DNA of 64,000 bases, from NCBI GenBank assembly GCA_044222475.1, contig JBGANF010000004.1, positions 1 to 64,000 on the forward strand. Reading direction: 5' to 3'. Origin of the DNA: Polyangiaceae bacterium (GTDB lineage Bacteria; Myxococcota_A; Polyangia; Polyangiales; Polyangiaceae). Position numbers and translations under genes: made by a program. Shown in pieces: positions 12,480 through 22,547 of the stretch. The notes below the pieces were generated by a model. That model was not told the DNA's origin, ran no database searches, and saw only the letters and a program-made list of their open reading frames with translations. The number at the start of each line of letters is the position of its first letter. The stretch's first letter is position 1.

Positions 12480-13346
12480 ATGAAGCTCGAAGACATTCGT
12501 ACGGTGGGCGTTCTCGGGGCGGGACAAATGGGCGGTGGCATCGCGCAGGTCGCGGCGACTGCCGGGTACGACGTGAGGCTGGCCGACGCGTCGCTCGATC
12601 TCGCGAAGAAGGGCATCGGCAAGATCGACGCGATCCTCAAGAAGCAGGTCGAGAAGGGCAAGCTCGCCGACGACGTCCGCCAGGGCATCGTCTCGCGCCT
12701 GAAGCCCATCGCCGGCCCCGCGGAGTTCAGCGACTGCGACGTCGTCGTCGAGGCCGCGACGGAGAACGTCGACCTCAAGCTGACGCTCTTCAAGGCCTGC
12801 GACGCCGCACTTCGTCCGGGCGCGATCCTGGCGAGCAACACGTCGTCGATCTCGCTGACGAAGCTCGCTGCGGCGACGTCACGGCCGGGCCTCGTCCTCG
12901 GGCTGCACTTCATGAACCCGCCGCCGCTGATGAAGCTGGTCGAGATCGTGCGCGCGGTGCAGACGTCGGACGAGACCTACGCCGTGGGCAAGGCGCTGGT
13001 CGAGAAGATGGGCAAGACGGTGGTGACGAGCGGAGACGCTCCCGGGTTCCTCGTGAATCGGATGCTCATCCCGATGCTGTGCGAGGCGATCTTCACGCTC
13101 GAGCAGGGCCTCGGCACGAAGGAAGACATCGACCAAGGTGCGAAGCTCGGGCTGAACCACCCGATGGGCCCGCTCGAGCTCTCCGATCTGATCGGGCTCG
13201 ACACGGTGCTGTTCATCGCCGACGTGCTCCACCGAGACTTCGGCGACTCGAAGTATCGGGCGCCGACGTTGCTGCGAAACCTCGTGGCCGCCGGCTGGCT
13301 GGGCCGCAAGACGGGACGCGGTTTCTACCAATACCCCGCCAAGTGA
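12480..13346 (+). CDS. hbd: 3-hydroxybutyryl-CoA dehydrogenase
   Basis: GAGQMGGGIA, VVEAATE, LASNTSS, GLHFMNP, PGFLVNR and HPMGPLELSDLIGLD. Confidence 0.93.
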   Translation: MKLEDIRTVGVLGAGQMGGGIAQVAATAGYDVRLADASLDLAKKGIGKIDAILKKQVEKGKLADDVRQGIVSRLKPIAGPAEFSDCDVVVEAATENVDLKLTLFKACDAALRPGAILASNTSSISLTKLAAATSRPGLVLGLHFMNPPPLMKLVEIVRAVQTSDETYAVGKALVEKMGKTVVTSGDAPGFLVNRMLIPMLCEAIFTLEQGLGTKEDIDQGAKLGLNHPMGPLELSDLIGLDTVLFIADVLHRDFGDSKYRAPTLLRNLVAAGWLGRKTGRGFYQYPAK

Positions 13347-13405
13347 CGAAGACGGCTGCCGGCTAACAATTCTCGGGGGCCCTCTGGTGAAGCGCCTCAC
13401 CCTCT

Positions 13406-13533
13406 GGTGACCGGGGCCGTTGGGGGCGGGCCCGCCCCAGTGCGGGGCCAGCCCCGACAGGCGAACGCTCTCCGGCTCTGCCGGAGAGTTTCGAGTCTCG
13501 CCTGTGGGGGTGTCGGGGGCGAAGCCCCTGACG
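13406..13533 (+). repeat. Dispersed intergenic REP/MITE-like element, copy 1
   Basis: Shares ggtgaccggggccgttgggggcgggccc and gccggagagtttcgagtctcg.ctgtgggggtgtcgggggcgaagcccctgacg with 20105-20212; hairpins ctctccggc/gccggagag and ggggc-gaa-gcccc. Confidence 0.85.
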
Positions 13534-13541
13534 CTGACGCT

Positions 13542-13667
13542 CTAGTGCTGCGCGACCACGTCCGGCGAGCTCGCGCTCAAGCCGTAGACTGCACCCGCCG
13601 CAAACGCGAAGAGCCACACCACGAACATCACTCGAAGGAAAGTCTGCACAGAAGGAGTCTTACGCAC
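13542..13667 (-). CDS. Possible 41-aa small membrane protein
   Basis: Manual translation MRKTPSVQTFLRVMFVVWLFAFAAGAVYGLSASSPDVVAQH; GTG start with GAGGG upstream; too short for the ORF track. Confidence 0.4.
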   Translation of the reverse strand: MRKTPSVQTFLRVMFVVWLFAFAAGAVYGLSASSPDVVAQH

Positions 13668-13836
13668 AATCCAACCCTCTTACAAGTCTCGCGCCAAGTC
13701 GAAATCTCTGCGAAATGCGCAGATTCCCTACATTGTGGGACGTGACATTCGTGTCTTTCGACCGTCAACTGTCGGCTCCGTCTGTCGCAATGCCGCCACA
13801 CTCCTCAGCGCGAGCGGGCCGTGATAGCCACGCCGC

Positions 13837-14619
13837 ATGTCCTACGAGACGATCCTCCTCACCCGCGAAGCCGGCGTCGCAACCGTCACCCTCAACCGGC
13901 CCGACAAGCTCAACGCGCTCAACCTCACGCTCGTGACGGAGCTCGCAAAGGCGCTCGACGAGCTCGCCGCCGACGGCAGCCTCCGCGCGGTGGTCCTCAC
14001 TGGTGCGGGCGACAAGGCGTTCGCCGCGGGTGCGGACATCGCGGCCATGAAGTCGATGACGCCGGCGCAGGCGCGCTCCTTCGCCGAGATGGGACAAGCG
14101 GTGTGCGCGCGCCTCGAGTCGCTCGCGCCTCCCGTCATCGCCCAGGTGAACGGCTTCGCGCTCGGAGGCGGCTGCGAGCTCGCGCTCGCGTGCGACTTCA
14201 TCTACGCCTCGGACAAGGCCAAGCTCGGCCAACCCGAGGTGAAGCTCGGCGTCACGCCGGGGTTCGGCGGAACCCAGCGCCTCGCGCGCCGCGTGGGCAT
14301 CGGTCGCGCCCGCGAGCTCTGCTACACGGGCGACACGTTGAGCGCGGACGAAGCGCTCGCGATCGGCCTCGTCAACGCGGTCGTCCCTCACGCCGAGCTC
14401 GGCGCCCGGGTGAAGTCGGTCGTCGCGAAGATTCACGCGAACGGTCCGCTCGCGGTGGCTCAGTGCAAGCGCGCCCTCCTGCACGGGGCCGACGTCCCGC
14501 TGTCCACCGCCAACGCGCTCGAGGCTCAGGCGTTCGCGACTCTGTTCGGCAGCGACGATCAGAAAGAGGGCATGGGCGCCTTCCTGGAGAAGCGACCCGC
14601 CCGCTTCGAGGGGAAGTAG
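13837..14619 (+). CDS. crt: Enoyl-CoA hydratase/crotonase
   Basis: [42 protein letters not shown] and PGFGGTQRL. Confidence 0.92.
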   Translation: MSYETILLTREAGVATVTLNRPDKLNALNLTLVTELAKALDELAADGSLRAVVLTGAGDKAFAAGADIAAMKSMTPAQARSFAEMGQAVCARLESLAPPVIAQVNGFALGGGCELALACDFIYASDKAKLGQPEVKLGVTPGFGGTQRLARRVGIGRARELCYTGDTLSADEALAIGLVNAVVPHAELGARVKSVVAKIHANGPLAVAQCKRALLHGADVPLSTANALEAQAFATLFGSDDQKEGMGAFLEKRPARFEGK

Positions 14620-14712
14620 GTCACTGTGCCATCGGGTGGCACATCGCGCCGCCGTCACCAGGGATTGGGCCACTCGAACGACGAATCGGCATGATTGTCG
14701 CCATTTCGTCGA

Positions 14713-14728
14713 TGGCACACCGATTGCT
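14713..14728 (+). promoter_or_regulatory. Sigma-54 (-24/-12) promoter
   Basis: TGGCACACCGATTGCT: GG-N10-GC, matching the TGGCAC-N5-TTGC consensus; directly upstream of the ATG at 14741. Confidence 0.75.
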
Positions 14729-14740
14729 CTATGTCGGCAC

Positions 14741-16126
14741 ATGCGCCGCCACCTCCTCCTCGCATCGCTCCTCGCCCTCCCCGCCTTCGCCTGCGGGGGT
14801 AGCCCGAACGTCAACCCGCTCGACGTCAACCTGTCCGGCTCGTACGAGCTGACGGCGGGAACGGTGGTCCAGAAGCCGGTCTACCAAGGCGGGCCTCAAC
14901 CGGTGAACGCGCCGTCCCCGTCCAACGGCAAGCGCTTCCGGCTCGATCTGCGCCGCAGCGGAGGTAGCTACGAGGCGGTGGTGACGCCCGAGTGGGGCAA
15001 CCCCACGTCGATGACGGTCGCGGTCGCGAGCGGTTCGCTCGTCCTCACCGGCGAAGCCAACGTGGCGGGCGGAGGAAACTACGGCGGGGTCTACGACAGC
15101 TGGACGTCGATGACCGTCCCGGTCGGACCGGATGGCCTCGGGGCCAACGTGTCGCTGACCGGCAGCGAGATGGTGAGCGAGGGCGACGTCGGCTGGCTGT
15201 ACGACGTGAGCGTCGGCGCGAGCATCGTGCGCGACAAGGAAGCGCCGGAGTTCAAAGTCTCGAGCGGCGGCACCGCGGCTGGCAAGTACCTCCCGTGGGA
15301 CAAGCTTCGCGTCACCGCGTCGGAGCCGGTGAACCCGGAGCGATTCCGCACGTCCGTGCACGCCAACGTGAAGTCGTCGAACGCGGTGTTCGTCACGCGC
15401 AACGACGGCGCGAACGCGGCCGCCGTCGACTGGGCCGGCCACGTCTTGCTCGAAGGAGGGTTCGACAATTTCGATGCGCCGGGTGGCCAGGGCCTCCTCA
15501 CGATCGACCCGGGCATCCCCGATCTCGCGGGGAACATCGGCGCGCCGGCGATGCAGCCGCAGTCGGCGGCGTTCGAGGTCGTCGAGCTCGGCGCGCCTCA
15601 GGTCGAGATCGACTTCGACGGAAAAGACACGTTCGCGCCGGCGCTGTGGGGCAACGCGGAGATCATCAAGGGCGTGGAGTGCGAAGCGAACGTCGGCTGC
15701 GCGCGACTCGGAACGTTCCAGCAGATGTACTGCGCGTCGTCGAGCGACGGCATCGCCGCGCGGTTGACCGGACCAGGAGCGAAGAAGCTCGCGTTCCGCT
15801 ACCGCGTGCGCCTCGACGCCAAGTACGGCGGAGGCGGCGTCTCCATGTACGAGAACAACCCGGTTCTCAACGTCGAGCTCGCGCGGGCCGGGGCGGCGCT
15901 CACGAAGGCGACCGTGCCGACGCCGAAGCTCGTGAGCATCGGCACCCAAGAGCAGCCCTCGTTCGAGTCCGATTGGGTCGACGCGTCGGTCGTGTTGCCG
16001 GCGGGCGGATCGACGCTCGGCTTCGCAATTCGCCCCACCTCGATGTTCCCTTATGGCTGCGGGGGCGGGCCCGCCCCGGTCCCGATGGACGTCACGGTCT
16101 GGGTCGACTCGCTGCGGATGGAGTGA
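14741..16126 (+). CDS. Beta-rich lipoprotein of unknown function
   Basis: MRRHLLLASLLALPAFAC lipobox; DLAGN Ig-like motif. Confidence 0.75.
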   Translation: MRRHLLLASLLALPAFACGGSPNVNPLDVNLSGSYELTAGTVVQKPVYQGGPQPVNAPSPSNGKRFRLDLRRSGGSYEAVVTPEWGNPTSMTVAVASGSLVLTGEANVAGGGNYGGVYDSWTSMTVPVGPDGLGANVSLTGSEMVSEGDVGWLYDVSVGASIVRDKEAPEFKVSSGGTAAGKYLPWDKLRVTASEPVNPERFRTSVHANVKSSNAVFVTRNDGANAAAVDWAGHVLLEGGFDNFDAPGGQGLLTIDPGIPDLAGNIGAPAMQPQSAAFEVVELGAPQVEIDFDGKDTFAPALWGNAEIIKGVECEANVGCARLGTFQQMYCASSSDGIAARLTGPGAKKLAFRYRVRLDAKYGGGGVSMYENNPVLNVELARAGAALTKATVPTPKLVSIGTQEQPSFESDWVDASVVLPAGGSTLGFAIRPTSMFPYGCGGGPAPVPMDVTVWVDSLRME

Positions 16127-16184
16127 GCTGGTTTCTCTCCTGGTTTCCGTAGGTAAACCTTGCTAATCAGGCACCCGCCTGACG

Positions 16185-19064
16185 ATGAGCGACAGCGACG
16201 CGAAAGACGACGACTCGAAAGAGCCGGTGCCGGCCGAGGCCGCGGACGAACCCGCCGCCGCGGGCGAAGCTGCCGCCGACGAGCCGTCGCCCGAGCCGCC
16301 GAAGGCCGAAGCCAAAGAAGCGAAGGCCGAGAAGAAGAAAGACGACAAGAAGGATCCGAAGAAGGACGACAAGAAGAAGGACGACAAGAAGGAGGACAAG
16401 CTCCTCCCGCGCGGAAACGCGTTTCGTTGGCTTCGCGGTGGCGTCACCGCTCTCGTGTCCGGGTTCCTCGCCTTTCTCCTGATGGCCAACAACGGCCAGC
16501 TCCGATGGGGCGTCCCGCTCGGGTTTCTGTGCCTCTTCGCGATGAGCCTGGGGATCCTCGATCTCGTGGGCTCGTTCGACGACAAAGACGCCGAAGGAAC
16601 CGTCGTGGCTCACCGCACCGCGATCGGCCGCCTCGGACGCCCCGCGGCGCTCCTGGTCGCGACCGCGGTGATCTTCCTCGCCGCGCTCATGGGGGCGCAG
16701 AACGGCGGCACCCTCCCGCAGCTCGGGTGGGGCGTATTCGTGACCGCCGCGTTCATCGGGCTCGTCGCCGCCGTCTACGACTTCGGGCGCGCGCTCGGTC
16801 CGTGGGCCGAAGACGAGAACGGCGTCGCGCGTCCCATCTGGCGGCGCCACGGGTTCTGGCTCGTCGCGCTCGGCGGGTTCCTCTACTTCCCCATGCTCGG
16901 GAGCTACTCGCTCTGGGATCCGTGGGAGACGCACTACGGCGAGGTCGCGCGCGAGATCCTCGCGCGCGACGATTGGATTTCGCTGTGGTGGGCCCAGGAC
17001 GGGTGGTTCTGGTCGAAGCCGATCCTGAACTTCTGGATCCAGTCGCTCGCCATGGCGAGCGCGGGCACGCACTACCAGCCGGACCAGATGTTGATCGGCG
17101 CGGGCGGCATGGCCGTCGCTCACCCCGAGTGGGTGGTGCGCTCGCCCAACGTGCTGCTCACGATCATGGGCATGTACCTCCTGTACAAGGGGGTCTCGAA
17201 GGTGTTCGGCCGGCGCGCCGGCCTCCTCGGCGGCGTCGTGCTCGCGACGATGCCGGACTGGTACTTCCTCGCGCACCAGACGATGACGGACATGCCGCTC
17301 GTCGCGACGTTGACCGCCGCGATGGGTCTCTTGTTGCTCGGTCTGCACACCGACGCGGAGAAGCGCCTGCGCCTCTATCAAGTCGACGTCGGCAAGACGA
17401 CGTTCCGGCTGTCGGGTTGGCACCTCGCGATGCTCGGCGTGCTGATGTGCGCGCTGCCACAGATCATCTATCTCCTGTCGCGCAACATCGAGCTCATCAC
17501 CCACGGCGACGGGCCTCACGGGTTCCGCTCGCACTGGGACCTCTTCAGCAGCGGCTCGGGCGGCGGCAACTGCGGCTTGCCCGGCAACGAAGGCTGCACG
17601 CCGACGCACCCCGCTTCGATCCCGAAGGCGGCGGGCGTCAACCCGCAGACCACCAGTCTGCAGATGCTGCGCTTCTTCGGCGCGTTCGAGCCCGGGCTCC
17701 AAGCGCTGATCTGGAGCTTCGGCCTCGGCCTCATCCTCTACCTCAACTGGGGCGAGCGCCGGACGCGCCGCGTGTACTACCTCGCGGCGTGGCTCTTCGC
17801 CGCCATCGCGACGATGGGCAAGGGCCCGCTCGGCTTCGTGCTCCCGATGATCTGCGGCTTCGCCTACGTCGCCGCGACGAAGCGCTGGGGCGAGCTGCTC
17901 CGGTTCGAGCTCCTCAGCGGGCTGCTCATGATCTTGGTGGTCGGCTTGCCCTGGTACGTCGCGATGTACGTGCGCCACGGCTCGCCGTTCACCGATCGCC
18001 TGATCTTCCACGACATGTTCAACCGTGCGCTGCACCACGTGCACGACACGAACGAAGGCGACGACACGAGCTTCCGCTTCTACATCTGGCAGATGGGCTA
18101 CGCGTTCTTCCCGTGGACCGCGCTCGCTCCGGTGGGGCTCGTCTATTGGCTCCGCCGCCCCGACGACGCCGACAAGGGCAAGGGCGACGTCTCCGTCTTC
18201 CTCGTGATGTGGTTCGTCTTCGCGTTCGCGCTGTTCTCGTTCATGGGGACGAAGTTCCACCACTACATCTTCCCGGCCGTGCCGCCGGTCGCGATGCTGA
18301 TCGGCGTCGTGCTCGACGCGATGATGGTCCGCGCCGGTCCGACCGAGCTCGAGGTCGAGCGCGCGCGCGTCGCCGCGCCCAATTTCGAAGAAGGCCTCGC
18401 GAAGGTCGCCGCGCAGAACCACGAAGCGCTCATGCTGGGCGCATCGGCCCTGTCGGGCGCGCTGCTCATCGCGCTCATCGGTCGCGATCTCGTGGTCAAA
18501 CCCGAGAGCGAAGGTCAGCCGGGGGCGATCCGCTTCCTCCAGCTGTTCACGTACAACTACCGCCGCCCGTGGCCTGACGACATCGACTTCTCGAAGACGC
18601 TGATGGTCTTCTCGATCGCGGCGGGCATCCTCGCGATCGTCCTCGTGTCGCGCCACCTCCGCCGGTACGGCGTGATGCTGTTCGCCGGCTTCGCGGTCGT
18701 GTGCGCGCTGTGGGGGCTCGACGTCTACATGGTGAAGACGGCGCCGCACTGGGGTCAGCACGAGGTCATCCAGGCCTACTACGACACGCGGAAGAGCCCC
18801 GACGAGCCGATCGCCGCGTACCAGATGAACTGGAAGGGCGAGAACTTCTACACCGGCAACCGCATCCCGGCCTTCGTCTCGACCGGCGGTCCGTTCACGA
18901 CGTGGGTCAAGCAGCAGCGCGACAAAGGCGTGAAGGTGATCTTCTTCGTGACCGAGCACGGGCGCATCGGCGGTCTCAAGAGCGAGGTCGGGGCGAAGAC
19001 GTACACCGAGGTCACCGACAAGAAGGTGTGCAACAAATTCGTGCTGGTGCGCGCAGAGCTGTAG
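16185..19064 (+). CDS. ArnT/GT39-like (GT-C) polytopic membrane glycosyltransferase
   Basis: LWDPWETHYGEVAREI, WSKP, TMTDMP, MGKGP, PWY, FFPW and TKFHHYIFP; many TM helices. Confidence 0.85.
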   Translation: MSDSDAKDDDSKEPVPAEAADEPAAAGEAAADEPSPEPPKAEAKEAKAEKKKDDKKDPKKDDKKKDDKKEDKLLPRGNAFRWLRGGVTALVSGFLAFLLMANNGQLRWGVPLGFLCLFAMSLGILDLVGSFDDKDAEGTVVAHRTAIGRLGRPAALLVATAVIFLAALMGAQNGGTLPQLGWGVFVTAAFIGLVAAVYDFGRALGPWAEDENGVARPIWRRHGFWLVALGGFLYFPMLGSYSLWDPWETHYGEVAREILARDDWISLWWAQDGWFWSKPILNFWIQSLAMASAGTHYQPDQMLIGAGGMAVAHPEWVVRSPNVLLTIMGMYLLYKGVSKVFGRRAGLLGGVVLATMPDWYFLAHQTMTDMPLVATLTAAMGLLLLGLHTDAEKRLRLYQVDVGKTTFRLSGWHLAMLGVLMCALPQIIYLLSRNIELITHGDGPHGFRSHWDLFSSGSGGGNCGLPGNEGCTPTHPASIPKAAGVNPQTTSLQMLRFFGAFEPGLQALIWSFGLGLILYLNWGERRTRRVYYLAAWLFAAIATMGKGPLGFVLPMICGFAYVAATKRWGELLRFELLSGLLMILVVGLPWYVAMYVRHGSPFTDRLIFHDMFNRALHHVHDTNEGDDTSFRFYIWQMGYAFFPWTALAPVGLVYWLRRPDDADKGKGDVSVFLVMWFVFAFALFSFMGTKFHHYIFPAVPPVAMLIGVVLDAMMVRAGPTELEVERARVAAPNFEEGLAKVAAQNHEALMLGASALSGALLIALIGRDLVVKPESEGQPGAIRFLQLFTYNYRRPWPDDIDFSKTLMVFSIAAGILAIVLVSRHLRRYGVMLFAGFAVVCALWGLDVYMVKTAPHWGQHEVIQAYYDTRKSPDEPIAAYQMNWKGENFYTGNRIPAFVSTGGPFTTWVKQQRDKGVKVIFFVTEHGRIGGLKSEVGAKTYTEVTDKKVCNKFVLVRAEL

Positions 19065-19095
19065 CGCGCGCGCGATCCGCTGCTAAGGTCGGCCG

Positions 19096-20085
19096 ATGCG
19101 TTTTGGGCTTCATTCGCTTCTCGTCGTTGCGGCGCTACTTGGTGGGTGCTCGGCATCCGGGACCACGGGGTTCCTTCCCGACGGCGGCACCGACGGGGCC
19201 TCGAACGACGGCAACCCGATCTTCCAAGACGGAAGCGGCGACGCCATCGCGCCCCCGGCCAAGCAGGTCCTCTACGCGAACGACAACACGACGCTGTTCG
19301 AGCTCGATCCGGAGAACCTCCAGGCGCCGCTCAAGAACCTCGGCAACTTCGACTGCATCGGTGGGCCAAACCAGCCGACGTCGATGACGGACATCGCGAT
19401 CGACAAGACCGGCAAGCTCTACGGCGTGAGCCAGGTCGCCGCCTACCCGATGACGATCCAAGGCGGCGGCGTTCACTGCGACGACGTGTGGGCGCTCCCC
19501 CCGAATACGAAGTTCTACGGGCTCTCGCTCGCGCCCGAGAACACGGTCGCCGCGGAGGAGACGCTCGTCGCCGCGAACGACGCCGGCGAGATCTACGCGA
19601 TCTCGAAGACCGGTCAGCCGACGATCCTCGGCAACTTCGGCAAGGACGGCAACGGCAAGCTCTACCAACTCTCGGGGGACATCGTGTTCCTCTCGAACAA
19701 CGGCGCGCCCGTCGGCTTCGCGACGGTTCGGGTTTGTCCCACGTCGGGATCGTGCACGGCCATCGCCGACACGTTGGTGCAGCTCGATCTGACGAAGATG
19801 AAGCTGGGCAACACGACGAGCGTCGTGAAGTCGATCCGCGGCGTGCTCAAGCAGGGGTCCAGCTGCACGAACACGACGCCGCCGCCCTCGTACGGATCGA
19901 TGTACGGCATCGCCGCGTACAAGGATCAGATCTACGGGTTCTCGCACGCGGGGGGCATCGTGCAGATCAACAACGGCAACGCCAGCGTGTGCCTCGTGTC
20001 GGTGCCTCAGATCGCGGCGGCGGACATCCTGTTCTCGGGCGCGGGCGTCACCACGGTGGCCTCGGTCATCCCGCCGCCGAACTGA
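19096..20085 (+). CDS. Lipoprotein, probable beta-propeller
   Basis: LLGGC lipobox; DIAID..GKLYG-type repeats. Confidence 0.75.
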   Translation: MRFGLHSLLVVAALLGGCSASGTTGFLPDGGTDGASNDGNPIFQDGSGDAIAPPAKQVLYANDNTTLFELDPENLQAPLKNLGNFDCIGGPNQPTSMTDIAIDKTGKLYGVSQVAAYPMTIQGGGVHCDDVWALPPNTKFYGLSLAPENTVAAEETLVAANDAGEIYAISKTGQPTILGNFGKDGNGKLYQLSGDIVFLSNNGAPVGFATVRVCPTSGSCTAIADTLVQLDLTKMKLGNTTSVVKSIRGVLKQGSSCTNTTPPPSYGSMYGIAAYKDQIYGFSHAGGIVQINNGNASVCLVSVPQIAAADILFSGAGVTTVASVIPPPN

Positions 20086-20104
20086 GCAGCGCAATCAGAA
20101 TTCC

Positions 20105-20212
20105 GGTGACCGGGGCCGTTGGGGGCGGGCCCCCAACCGAGAAAGCTCTCCGGCTTCCGCCGGAGAGTTTCGAGTCTCGTCTGTGGGGGTGTCGGGGGCG
20201 AAGCCCCTGACG
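20105..20212 (+). repeat. Dispersed intergenic REP/MITE-like element, copy 2
   Basis: Near-identical 5' and 3' blocks to 13406-13533, with a shorter and different middle. Confidence 0.85.
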
Positions 20213-20320
20213 TTGGGGGTGTAGGGCGGACCTCGGCCGTACGTTGGGAGCGTTGACGTACTGCTCTCAGTGTGGGAAAAACGCGCCCACGTTTTCCTAC
20301 ATGGATCTCGGAGGCCTCAC

Positions 20321-21388
20321 GTGAATCGTCTCGCTCGCTCCTCGTTTCCCCTCGTGCTGATCGCAGCTGCGATCGCCATCGGTGGCTGCGGGCTCAAGTA
20401 CGGATCGAAGGGAAGCGTCGTCGGCGGTGGCGCCAAGCAACAGACGGATGACGGGGACGACTCCGATCCCAAGCCCGCGGCGAAGAAGAAGACGCCCGGC
20501 GCGCCCATCACGTTCGCCAAGGCGAAGGAGGACGAGGACTACCAGTCCCTCGCCTCGATGTGCGCCGACGACGAGAACGAAGACCAGGAAGCCGCCTGCA
20601 AGCTCGCCAAGAGCCACGCGAAGAACAAGCTCGCGATGGCTTGCCCCGCCAAGTCGCTCGTCACCGAGCTCACCGACGAGGACAGCGGCATGGGCGCGCC
20701 CATGCGCTGGATCTACCAGAAGCATTACCGCAAGGAGTTCCTCGACAAGATGGCCGCGTGCGGCCAGTGGGATCTCGTCTTCAAAGGCGCCGTCGTCCCG
20801 GCCCAGCCCGACGACTACGATCGCTTCGTCGCCGCCGGCAAAGACGTGATGGCCGCGTTCGAGAAGTACATCGACACGCACCCGAACCTCGGCGAGACCG
20901 GCACCGAAGCACCGAAGACCGAGGACGCGTACCCGCTCGGCTACACGCTCTCGTGGCTCGCTCGCAACAACGCGACCTCACTCGCGCCGAAGCTCGTGCT
21001 CGGCGCGAAGGCCGCGCCGCTCCACGTCAAGCTCTCCGTCATCAAGTTCACGCAGGCGGTGAAGTACGCCGAGGGCGCAGCGCTCGCGCGCGACCTCCTC
21101 GACGACGCCGATCCGCAGAAGCGCGCGAAGGGCTGCCAGATCCTCGCCGACCTCGGCGACACGCAGAGCTACGCCAAGGTGAAGGCCCTCGCCGACGCCG
21201 ATCCGACCCGCGTGACCGACAAAGGCACCACGACGTTCCCGGTGCGCACCGCATGCCTCGCCGCATCGACGAAGCTCGACCCGAAGAACGCGACGCCGGC
21301 CCCCTCGGGCAGCGCGAAACCAGGCGCACCGCCAGGGGCGAGCGCCGCACCGCCCGGAAGCGCCGCGAAGCCGCCGCCGAAGCCCTGA
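20321..21388 (+). CDS. Lipoprotein with C-terminal HEAT-like helices
   Basis: GTG after GGAGG; IAIGGC lipobox; LLDDADPQKRAKGCQILADLGD. Confidence 0.7.
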   Translation: MNRLARSSFPLVLIAAAIAIGGCGLKYGSKGSVVGGGAKQQTDDGDDSDPKPAAKKKTPGAPITFAKAKEDEDYQSLASMCADDENEDQEAACKLAKSHAKNKLAMACPAKSLVTELTDEDSGMGAPMRWIYQKHYRKEFLDKMAACGQWDLVFKGAVVPAQPDDYDRFVAAGKDVMAAFEKYIDTHPNLGETGTEAPKTEDAYPLGYTLSWLARNNATSLAPKLVLGAKAAPLHVKLSVIKFTQAVKYAEGAALARDLLDDADPQKRAKGCQILADLGDTQSYAKVKALADADPTRVTDKGTTTFPVRTACLAASTKLDPKNATPAPSGSAKPGAPPGASAAPPGSAAKPPPKP

Positions 21389-21397
21389 GTCGCAGAC

Positions 21398-21733
21398 TCA
21401 GTCGGCCTTGGCGTCCGCGCCGCCGTCCGTGGGCGTCGTCCCGTCGCCCACGGCGCACTTGCCGGCGTTGCACACCGCAGGCTTGAGGGCCGGGCACGCT
21501 CCGCACAGGCGGTTGCAGCCTCCGATGCGGACGCGGTCGTCGTTGTATTTCCCGACGTCGTTCTTGTTGATGGCGCCTTGATCGCACGAGCAGTCGCACA
21601 TGTCCCCAACGGGGACGGTGACGCAGTCGTTCGCGACCTTGCAGGACGTGTCGTAGTCGCTGGCATCGAGAGACGTGGAGCACCCGATCACGACGAGCGC
21701 CGTGACCGCGGCAAAGAGAAGCAAGTTACGCAT
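21398..21733 (-). CDS. Small Cys-rich lipoprotein
   Basis: LVVIGC lipobox; SC..NDC...C.C.C pattern; GAAGGA RBS. Confidence 0.75.
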   Translation of the reverse strand: MRNLLLFAAVTALVVIGCSTSLDASDYDTSCKVANDCVTVPVGDMCDCSCDQGAINKNDVGKYNDDRVRIGGCNRLCGACPALKPAVCNAGKCAVGDGTTPTDGGADAKAD

Positions 21734-21742
21734 TCCTTCGTT

Positions 21743-22495
21743 CTACTCCGGGAGCGGAGCTTGGGCGAGGAGCTTGTCCTCCCAGACGACGAGGCGCGTC
21801 GCCCCGGCGACGCCGTACGGCAGCATGAGCAAGCCCAGGCCCGGGATGAGCACGAAGATGCCGGCCGAGATGCCGAACGCGAGCACGGCACCGAAGTGCT
21901 TGGTCATGAAGCGCAGGCGATCGCGCACGCCGAGGCGGCGAATGCCGAGAGGGTAGTCGAGCAGATCCCATGCGATGAACAGCGCGCCGATGACGAACTT
22001 GCACGGAACGGTGACGAAGGCCGCCGGCGGGAACAGAACGCCGATGACGGTGAGCACCGCGATCGCCGGCAACGTGCATACGAGCCCGAACAGGGTGACC
22101 TTGAGCGTGGGCAGGAAAGAGTCGGCGAGCTTCGGCGGCACGGGCGCGGTGCCAGCGAGTGCCGTCTCTTGTCGCTGCGAGATTGCCTCGAGGGCGAACC
22201 CCGAGATCGGCTGCGCGAGCGCGAACGCGATGAGGAACGAGACGAGGATCGCGACGATGCCGAGCAGCACCGTGAGGGTCCACCGCCCGACGTCGGCCGC
22301 GGTGCTGCCGTCCCCCACGATCGCATGCGACAGCGCGGACGCCGCCCAGATGCCGAGCGCACCGAGACCCGAGCCGAGGACGGACAGAACGAGGACCGGG
22401 ACCGCGGCGTAGCCCCAGAGCCCCGGCGTGCCCGCCACGAAGCCGATGCCCCCGAAGTAGGCGCGGAAGCCGTCCCAGATCCGCAGCCGATTCAC
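21743..22495 (-). CDS. EI24/CysZ-like membrane protein
   Basis: GF..Y..G..F...P.LW..A.VP pattern, IAFALAQP, WDLLDYP, LIPGLGLLMLPYGVAGAT. Confidence 0.75.
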   Translation of the reverse strand: MNRLRIWDGFRAYFGGIGFVAGTPGLWGYAAVPVLVLSVLGSGLGALGIWAASALSHAIVGDGSTAADVGRWTLTVLLGIVAILVSFLIAFALAQPISGFALEAISQRQETALAGTAPVPPKLADSFLPTLKVTLFGLVCTLPAIAVLTVIGVLFPPAAFVTVPCKFVIGALFIAWDLLDYPLGIRRLGVRDRLRFMTKHFGAVLAFGISAGIFVLIPGLGLLMLPYGVAGATRLVVWEDKLLAQAPLPE

Positions 22496-22547
22496 GCTGC
22501 AAGAGTGCGCACGAAGACGGCCGCCGTCAACGCGCTACACTCGGACC

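Noticed and set aside
14635..14654. Second TGGCAC upstream of 14741 as a sigma-54 promoter
   Set aside because: No GC at the required GG-N10-GC spacing.
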